Source of the DNA: an uncultured Pseudomonadota bacterium
Lineage (GTDB): Bacteria > Myxococcota_A > Polyangia > Fen-1088
Direction: 5' to 3'
NCBI GenBank assembly: GCA_963725905.1
Contig: CAVSAG010000002.1
Location: 804,962 to 868,961 of the forward strand
DNA length: 64,000 bases
The notes under the pieces are model-generated. The model did no database searches, was not told the DNA's origin, and saw only the letters and a list, made by a program, of their open reading frames with translations. A program made the translations under genes and the position numbers. Of this stretch, positions 57,758 to 64,000 are shown one piece after another (the stretch's first letter is position 1; each line of letters opens with the position of its first letter).

Positions 57758-58369
57758 TCAGTCGAGCGCGCCGGCGTCGGTCGGCCAGGCGACGTTGATG
57801 GTGCTCGGTCCGGGGAGATCGATCGGAACGTCGAGGCACTGCTGGGGGCCGGTCACGCTGCAGACGGTCCCCCCGGCGTCGGGCGTGTCGACGACGCCCG
57901 GCGTGACGCAGACGTGGGCCAGGTAGTGACCTGCGGGGACGAAGCGAGGCGCAAAGCAGGTGACGTTGCCGCCGCAGGTGGACGCCACGTAGTACGAGCC
58001 GTCCCAGAGCGCGTCCACCCCGGTCAAGCCGTGCCCGTTGCTCGGGTCGCCGAGGCACAGGCCCGTGCAGCCGCTCGACTGACACTGGGCGGAGCAGATG
58101 GGCGCGCACGCGGGAAAGGTTGATTCCAGGACGACCCCCGCGGCGGTGGTGAACGCGACGTGGCTCGGCCTTTCACAGCCGGGACCGTCGCAGAACTGCG
58201 AGGCGGGCAGGCTCACGTGGATCCTGACCTCCCCCGGCGAGACGCCCGCGCCGCCGGTTCCGGTGTCCGGGTTCGCGCCGCCAGATAGGGACAGGGACGC
58301 GGACGAACAGGCGACTGGCGAGAGCGCCAACAAAGCCAACACCCCGAGCTTCAAGACCTCACCCCGCAA
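57758..58369 (-). CDS. Cys-rich lipoprotein
   Basis: MRGEVLKLGVLALLALSPVACSS lipobox; 16 Cys. Confidence 0.6.
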   Translation of the reverse strand: MRGEVLKLGVLALLALSPVACSSASLSLSGGANPDTGTGGAGVSPGEVRIHVSLPASQFCDGPGCERPSHVAFTTAAGVVLESTFPACAPICSAQCQSSGCTGLCLGDPSNGHGLTGVDALWDGSYYVASTCGGNVTCFAPRFVPAGHYLAHVCVTPGVVDTPDAGGTVCSVTGPQQCLDVPIDLPGPSTINVAWPTDAGALD

Positions 58370-58432
58370 TCCATTGTAACCGACGCCTCCGGGAGCGCGA
58401 TGGGGATATGATGATCTGGCGGGAGGTTCCCG

Positions 58433-60097
58433 ATGACAGCTTGCCCTCGCTCTCGGTATCGCCTGCTGGCCGGGTTCACTCTCCTGGTTGCCGCCTGCCA
58501 GGGGAAGGCCGGGAGCAGCGGCGATGGCGGTGAGTCGACCGGCGGCCAGGGCGGGAGCGGCCAGAGCGCTGGCGCGTCGGGCACCGGTGGCACGACGGGC
58601 AGCGGCGGCGCGACCGGCAGCGGCGGCGCGACCGGCAGCGGTGGCACGACGACCGGCAGCGGTGGCACGACCGGCAGCGGCGGCGCGATCGCCAGCGGCG
58701 GCGCGACCGGCAAGGGCGGCTCCGGGGGGACGACGTCCAGCGGTGGCACGACCGGCAGCGGCGGCGCGACGTCCAGCGGTGGCACGACCGGCAGCAGCGG
58801 CGCGGCCGGGAATGGTGCGCGAGGCGGCTCGGGCGGGACGGGATCGGGCGGCACCGGCGCCGCCGGGACTTCAGGCGCCGGCGGGACGTCGGGGGCCGCG
58901 GGTGGCAACGGTTCCTGCATCGGCTCGGCGATGCTGAACAAGCTCGGCAAGAACCGACTGCTCGTGGGGGTCTCGACCTCGGACGTGGCAGCGGCCATGG
59001 CGCCGTTCGACATCCGGTACCTCTACATCTCGGGCGGCCTGTTCGATTCGGCGACGCCCTGCACGGCGTGCGGCAGCGCCTGCGTCGCCGCCGGGAACGC
59101 CTGCACCAGCGGCTGCGCCTGGTGGGGCTGCTACAACACGCCGCCCGGGATGTACGCGACGTACTTCATGCAGGCGGCCGCCAAGAATTCACAGGTGCCG
59201 ATGTTCACGTATTACGAGCTCCTGCAGACGGCGAAGAACACCTTCTCCGGTTTCAGCGAGGGCTCGGCCGAGGCGACGCAGGCGGCGACCAGCACCGCGC
59301 TCATGACCCGCTACTACGCCGACTGGCGCTTCCTGCTGCAGGCGATCGGGCAAAACAAGGCGCTCTTGCACATCGAGCCCGACTTCTGGGGCTACGCGCG
59401 GCAGGCAGGGGCGGCGACGGCGGCGGCCGCGGTGCAGAGCGCGAACGCGACCGACTGCGGCTCGCTCCCCAACACGATCGGCGGGATGGGGCAGTGCCTC
59501 ATCTCGATGGTGCGCAAGTACGCGCCGAACGCGCTGGTCGGCCTGTCGGCGTCGGCGTGGAACGTCGCCGGTAACACGAACACAAAGACCGACGTCACCA
59601 CCGACGCCAAGGCGCTGGCGACCTTCCTCGCCGCCTGCGGGCAGTCGAGCGCCGACTTCATCGTGGTCGAGACGAGCGACAGAGACGCCGGCTACTACCA
59701 GACGGTGCAGAGCCAGAACAACTGGTGGGACGCGACCGACGCCAAGCTACCCGACTACGCGCAGGATCTGACCTGGGTGAAGGCGCTCACCGAGGCGCTG
59801 GGGACGCCGGCGCTCTACTGGCAGACGCCGCTCGGCAACGCCAGCCAGAACAACACGGCCGACCACTACCAGGACAACCGCGTCGACTACTTCTTCGGCG
59901 GCAGCGCCGCCGGCGTCGGCAGCACGGCGCCGATCACGGTCCCGGCGCACTGGAGCGCGCTCGCCTCCGCGCACGTCGTCGGCGTCGCGTTCGGCGCGGG
60001 CGAGGGGACGCAGACCACGCCCGAGACGGACGGCGGCTACCTCATCTCGAAGACCAAGAGCTACGTCTCGGGCGGCGGTCAGGCGCTCTGCCCGTGA
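58433..60097 (+). CDS. lipoprotein with Gly/Ser/Thr-rich linker and probable TIM-barrel glycoside-hydrolase-like domain
   Basis: LLVAACQG lipobox, (GSGGTTGSGGAT)n linker, then RYLYISGG...VPMFTYYEL...LHIEPDFWGYA reminiscent of GH-family catalytic domains (family not assigned). Confidence 0.6.
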   Translation: MTACPRSRYRLLAGFTLLVAACQGKAGSSGDGGESTGGQGGSGQSAGASGTGGTTGSGGATGSGGATGSGGTTTGSGGTTGSGGAIASGGATGKGGSGGTTSSGGTTGSGGATSSGGTTGSSGAAGNGARGGSGGTGSGGTGAAGTSGAGGTSGAAGGNGSCIGSAMLNKLGKNRLLVGVSTSDVAAAMAPFDIRYLYISGGLFDSATPCTACGSACVAAGNACTSGCAWWGCYNTPPGMYATYFMQAAAKNSQVPMFTYYELLQTAKNTFSGFSEGSAEATQAATSTALMTRYYADWRFLLQAIGQNKALLHIEPDFWGYARQAGAATAAAAVQSANATDCGSLPNTIGGMGQCLISMVRKYAPNALVGLSASAWNVAGNTNTKTDVTTDAKALATFLAACGQSSADFIVVETSDRDAGYYQTVQSQNNWWDATDAKLPDYAQDLTWVKALTEALGTPALYWQTPLGNASQNNTADHYQDNRVDYFFGGSAAGVGSTAPITVPAHWSALASAHVVGVAFGAGEGTQTTPETDGGYLISKTKSYVSGGGQALCP

Positions 60098-60108
60098 ACG
60101 CCGCCGGG

Positions 60109-60265
60109 TTAAATCTGCGACTGAATGTTATTAAAAGTGTTCTTGACCTTGCCGCCGAGGACGGTAACCACCACCAGGATCAAACACAGATCGCTGCCAG
60201 GATGAGGCCGTACTCGACCGCCGTAGCGCCCTGTTCGTCGTGGAGTAAGCGGATCAGGTCGGACA
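60109..60265 (-). CDS. flp: Flp/Fap-family type IVb prepilin (orphan; one frameshift)
   Basis: MSDLIRLLHDEQGATAVEYGLILAAIC then ...LILVVVTVLGGKVKNTFNNIQSQI in the +1 frame. Flp signature G/ATAxEYGLI. GGAAGGAAG RBS. Low-GC 3' end. Confidence 0.55.
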
Positions 60266-60417
60266 TCGGCTTCCTTCCTGCGCGGTGTGGCGCCAGGCCT
60301 ACACATCAGAGTACCGAATGGCCCAGCGCGTTTTCCAGTTCGATGTGTCCGCGGTCCCAAAGCCCCGACGCATTCCGGTCGGCGGCCCCTCCCGCGGGCT
60401 GAGGCCGACGGCGCGTG

Positions 60418-63159
60418 TCACGGCCTTGACGCGGGCGGCTCCGGCTGGGGCGCCCGCGGACCGAGCGTTCCGCCGAGGCTGAAGTCCCGCGCCAGGACCA
60501 TCTCGGGCGAGATCCTGGCGAACATCTGCATCAGCGCGGGGATGATGGCGGTCCACCCCGTCTGGTGACTGGCGCCGAGGCCGGCGCCGTTGTCGCCGTG
60601 GAAGTACTCGTAGAAGAGCAGGTGGTCGCGGAAGCGGGGATCGTCGACGAACTTCTTGCTGCCGCCGTACACCGGGCGGCGGCCACTGGCGTCGAGCAGG
60701 AAGATGCTGCCGAGCCGATTGGAGAGCTCCTGCGCGACCTGATAGAGGTTCATGTACTGGCCCGAGCCGGTCGGACACTCCACGCGGAAGTCGTCGCCGT
60801 GGTAGCTGTACATCTGGATCAACGAACGCACGATGAGCGCGTTGATCGGCGCCCAGATCGGCCCACGCCAGTTCGAGTTGCCGCCGAACATGCCGGTGTC
60901 CGACTCCGCGGGGAGGTAGCCGACCCGGTACTCCTGGCTGCCCGCGCGGAAGACGTAAGGATTGTCGAGGTGGTAGCGCGACAGCGAGCGGATCCCGTGG
61001 TCGCCGAAAAATTCGTTGGGATCGAGCATGCGCGCCAGCACCCGGCGCAGCTTGTCGTCGTTCAGCATCGACAGCATGAAGCGCCCGCCCGCGCCCGCGC
61101 GTCGCGGCTGGTGCAGGTTGGTGAACAGCTCGCCTCGGTTCTGGTTGAACCACTTGACCGCCTCGACGAACTTGGGGAGGCGGACCAGGACCTCGGGGTC
61201 GAACACCGTGACCGCGCAGAGCGGCAGCAGGCCGACGATGGAGCGGACCTTGAGCCGCGTCGACCACTGCCCGGGGACCCGCAGCACGTCGTAGAAGAAT
61301 CCATCCTCGTCGTCCCAGAGTGCGTCGCGGTCGCCGACACGGTTGGTGGCGGCCGCGATCCGGATGACCTGCTGGTAGAACTTGATCGCCACCCCTTCGT
61401 AGGTCGGGTCGTGCAGCGCGAGCTCGAGCGACATCTCCAGCATGCACTGCGCGAAGAAGGCCATCCAGGCGGTGCCGTCGGCCTGTTCCAGGTAACCGCC
61501 GGTCGGCAGCGGCGCGCTGCGGTCGAACACACCGATGTTGTCCAGCCCCAGGAATCCCCCCTCGAACAGGTTGTGCCCGTCGCGATCCTTGCGGTTCATC
61601 CACCAGGTGAAGTTGGCCATCAGGGTGTTGAAGGTCCGCTTGAGGAACGGAATCGCGTCGTCGCCCAGCGCGACGCGCTGGAACCGGTAGATGAACATGG
61701 CCGCCCAGGCGTGCACCGGCGGGTTGACGTCGTCGAAGTTCCACTCGTAGGCGGGGAGCTGCCCGTTCGGGTGCTGGTAGCGGTCGAGCGTCATCAGATC
61801 CAGCTGGTCGCGCGCGAAGTCGGGATCGATGTTGGAGAGCGCGATGGTGTGGAACGCCAGATCCCAGGTGGCGAACCAGGGGTACTCCCACTTGTCCGGC
61901 ATGGAAATGACGTCGGCGCTGTACATGTGGAACCAGTGCTGGTTGCGGATCTGGTCGGGCGCGCCCCGCGCCACCCCGTGCTGGGTGAGCCAGGAGTCGA
62001 CGTCGTAGACGTAGGCCTGCTTGGTCCAGAGCAGGCCCGCGTAGCCCTGGCGGACGACGTTCTTTGCGTCGGCGGAGAGCGACGGCGCGATCAGCTCGCC
62101 ATAGAACTCGTCGGTCTCGCGGATGCGATCGGCGAAGGTCCGGTCGAACCCGGCGAAGGGATCGGGAAGCTCGGTCGGTGGATGCGGCGTGAGACGCAGC
62201 CGGATCGACCAGCTCTCGCGCGGGCCGACCGTCCGCAGATAGTGGGCCGCCGATTTGGTGCCGTGCTGGTTGGGGTTCACCGCGTCGTGGCGGCCGTTGA
62301 CCACGTAGTCGTTGATGCCGTCCTTCTGGAACGGCGTCGGGTTGGGCTGCCCCCAGAGGCGGAAGTGGTTGGTCTCGTTTTCGGTGAAGAGCAGCTCACC
62401 GGCGCCGTCGCAGTAGAGAAAGTAAGCCCCCAGCGCGTCGTGGCGCGCGCAGACCGTCGGGCAGCGCGGGTGCGGGCGCGCCTCCAGGAGCGGGCGCCCC
62501 TCGGTCACCGGGCGGGTCGCCCAGGTGTTGCGGAACCAGAGGTGCGGCAGAAGGTGCAGCGTCGCCGGCTCCGGGCCGTTGTTGACGGCCGTGATGCGGA
62601 AGGCGAGGTCCTCCGGCTCGGCCTTGGCGAGCTCGACGAAGACATCCCAGTAGTGGTCGTTGTCGAACACGCCCGTGTCGATGAGCTCGTACTCGAAGTC
62701 AGTGCGCGAGCGGCGCCGGTTCTCGCTCACCAGGCCCTCGTAGGGGAACGGCGCCTGCGGATACTTGTAGAGCATCTTGGCGTAGGCGTGGCTGGGCGCG
62801 CTGTCGAGGTAGAAGTAGCACTCCTTGACGTCCTCGCCGTGGTTCCCCTCGCTGTTGGTGAGCCCGAAGAGGCGCTCCTTGAGGATCGGATCGCGTCCGT
62901 TCCAGAGCGCGAGCGAGAAGCAGAGCAGCATCTGGTCGTCGCAGAAGCCGCAGAGCCCGTCCTCCCCGCTGAGGTAGGCGCGCGAGCGCGACTGGTCGTG
63001 GGTCACCTCGTTCCAGGCCTCGATCCCCCGGGTGGGGTTCTCGCGAACCGTTCCCCATTGCCGTTCGGAGAGATAGGGCCCCCACTTCTTCCACGGGCGC
63101 TCTTTGCGGCCCGCCTCGGCCAGTCGTTCCCGCTCCGCGCTTCGTCGTTTGTCGCCCAT
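60418..63159 (-). CDS. GH63-family glucosidase (MGH1/YgjK-like, (alpha/alpha)6 barrel)
   Basis: 913 aa; conserved WFHMYSADVISMPDKWEYPWFATWDLAFH and GDHGIRSLSRYH...YWRGPIWAPINALIV... typical of processing alpha-glucosidase-like GH63. Confidence 0.8.
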   Translation of the reverse strand: MGDKRRSAERERLAEAGRKERPWKKWGPYLSERQWGTVRENPTRGIEAWNEVTHDQSRSRAYLSGEDGLCGFCDDQMLLCFSLALWNGRDPILKERLFGLTNSEGNHGEDVKECYFYLDSAPSHAYAKMLYKYPQAPFPYEGLVSENRRRSRTDFEYELIDTGVFDNDHYWDVFVELAKAEPEDLAFRITAVNNGPEPATLHLLPHLWFRNTWATRPVTEGRPLLEARPHPRCPTVCARHDALGAYFLYCDGAGELLFTENETNHFRLWGQPNPTPFQKDGINDYVVNGRHDAVNPNQHGTKSAAHYLRTVGPRESWSIRLRLTPHPPTELPDPFAGFDRTFADRIRETDEFYGELIAPSLSADAKNVVRQGYAGLLWTKQAYVYDVDSWLTQHGVARGAPDQIRNQHWFHMYSADVISMPDKWEYPWFATWDLAFHTIALSNIDPDFARDQLDLMTLDRYQHPNGQLPAYEWNFDDVNPPVHAWAAMFIYRFQRVALGDDAIPFLKRTFNTLMANFTWWMNRKDRDGHNLFEGGFLGLDNIGVFDRSAPLPTGGYLEQADGTAWMAFFAQCMLEMSLELALHDPTYEGVAIKFYQQVIRIAAATNRVGDRDALWDDEDGFFYDVLRVPGQWSTRLKVRSIVGLLPLCAVTVFDPEVLVRLPKFVEAVKWFNQNRGELFTNLHQPRRAGAGGRFMLSMLNDDKLRRVLARMLDPNEFFGDHGIRSLSRYHLDNPYVFRAGSQEYRVGYLPAESDTGMFGGNSNWRGPIWAPINALIVRSLIQMYSYHGDDFRVECPTGSGQYMNLYQVAQELSNRLGSIFLLDASGRRPVYGGSKKFVDDPRFRDHLLFYEYFHGDNGAGLGASHQTGWTAIIPALMQMFARISPEMVLARDFSLGGTLGPRAPQPEPPASRP

Positions 63160-63278
63160 CGATCCGAATATGAGATGTGGGTCCCCGCGTCGGACGTAAG
63201 TCCGTTCCTCAATCGGCTGGCGCGGGCCACCGCGGCCGGCGGCAGGGTTACGATGGTCCTGGGGGAGGCGCGGCCGGG

Positions 63279-64000
63279 TTGTTTCTCGAGGTCACTTTCT
63301 TCGCGATACTGGCGGCGCTCTTCGCCGGCATGGTCGGGATGCAGATCGCCGGCCATCACTACGGCCTCCGGCGGGAGCGCAGCGATCCGGTGGCCGGCTC
63401 CCAGGGGACGGCCGCGGTCGAGGCGGCGCTCTACGCGCTGCTCGGCCTCCTGGTCGGGTTCACCTTCGCGGGGGCGCAGGACCGGTTGAGCACCCGGCGC
63501 GTCCTCATCGTCGAGGAGGCCAACGCGGTCGGGACCGCCTACCTGCGCCTCGATCTGCTGCCGCCCGAGGACCAGCCGCCGCTACGCGACGACATGCGGC
63601 GCTACGTCGATTGCCGGCTGACGTTCTACGAAAGGCTGCTGAACCTCAGCTCCGCGAAGATCGAGAAGCAGCGTTGCGACGATCTCCAGAAGGTGATCTG
63701 GCGCCAGGCGGTATCGGCCAGTGGGAAGATGGGCGATTCGCGCGCCGCGCTGCTCGTGCTCCAGAGCCTCAACCAGATGTTCGACGTGGCGAGCGCGCGC
63801 TACGCGGCGTTGCGGAACCACCTGCCGATCGCCATCTTCGTCCAGCTGGTCGTCATCGCGCTCACCTGCGCGTTCTTCGCCGGAATCGGGATGGCCAGGC
63901 GCCGCCGCCCGAGCTTTCTGCACATGGTGATGTTCGCCGGGGTCATCGCGATCACCGCCTACGTCATCCTGAACCTCGAGTTCCCGCGGGTGGGTTTCGT
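63279..64000 (+). CDS. hypothetical membrane protein, C-terminally truncated by window end
   Basis: Frame with strong GC3 bias not reported as an ORF in the track because it lacks a downstream stop. TM helices at both ends (LFLEVTFFAILAALFAGMVGMQIAG; LPIAIFVQLVVIALTCAFFAGIGMA). Possible earlier GTG start at 63177. Confidence 0.5.
   Translation, partial: MFLEVTFFAILAALFAGMVGMQIAGHHYGLRRERSDPVAGSQGTAAVEAALYALLGLLVGFTFAGAQDRLSTRRVLIVEEANAVGTAYLRLDLLPPEDQPPLRDDMRRYVDCRLTFYERLLNLSSAKIEKQRCDDLQKVIWRQAVSASGKMGDSRAALLVLQSLNQMFDVASARYAALRNHLPIAIFVQLVVIALTCAFFAGIGMARRRRPSFLHMVMFAGVIAITAYVILNLEFPRVGF

Noticed and set aside
57010-57926. Three overlapping plus-strand ORFs (57010, 57035, 57228) as separate genes
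   Set aside because: They are alternating-frame pieces of one GST-like gene, because conserved segments switch frame. Merged into a single frameshifted feature.
60565-63489. 974-aa plus-strand ORF opposite the GH63 glucosidase; also 15171..16805, 21691..23472, 23539..24684, 25713..27149, 28510..29550, 35528..37624 (upstream 400 codons), 44208..44609 and 45824..46435 as N-terminal extensions
   Set aside because: Antisense, or upstream out-of-frame extensions created by absence of stop codons in GC-rich DNA. In each case the real start was placed at the conserved N-terminus and/or RBS.

Overview
High-GC (~70%) myxobacterial chromosome segment. A MYXO-CTERM sorting tail, Myxococcus-type cysteine-rich repeats, two GH6 cellulases plus a GH63 glucosidase, many lipoproteins with Gly/Ala/Thr-rich linkers and large Ser/Thr-kinase or cyclase STAND proteins point to a cellulolytic Sorangium/Polyangiaceae-like organism. 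Housekeeping content: tRNA-Leu(TAG), tRNA-Thr(CGT), sdhCAB, sodA/B-like SOD, aroD, a leuA-like gene, a LysR regulator, a RegB/RegA-like two-component system, an FHA-sigma54 activator divergent from a Ser/Thr kinase, an ECF sigma with NrsF-type anti-sigma, an SDR and a GGDEF protein. Most notable is a tightly packed minus-strand operon (about 9.9-18.2 kb) in which a Family-1 encapsulin shell gene (EncA-like) is co-transcribed with a Lys/Ala-rich histone-H1-like protein, a DUF3237 protein, a 612-aa FAD-dependent oxidoreductase with a C-terminal extension and a polyprenyl (GGPP-type) synthetase. A frameshifted adenylate-cyclase/AAA/TPR regulator lies immediately upstream of the encapsulin gene and is counted as part of the same transcript in what follows. 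This does not match described encapsulin cargo sets such as ferritin-like proteins, DyP, or hemerythrin. Other accessory signals: toxin-antitoxin remnants on both sides of tRNA-Leu (hicAB-like; HTH_17 antitoxin with a truncated PIN_3 toxin); an IS200/RAYT-type tyrosine transposase flanked by arrays of short REP-like repeats; an AT-rich 80-bp island with direct repeats that truncates leuA next to a lipoprotein carrying ten perfect 15-bp (NGLSA pentapeptide) tandem repeats; an orphan Flp pilin gene; and an Sm-like small protein next to tRNA-Thr. At least 10 genes in the window carry one or more frameshifts, which looks more like indel sequencing error than true pseudogenisation. No CRISPR array or rRNA was seen.
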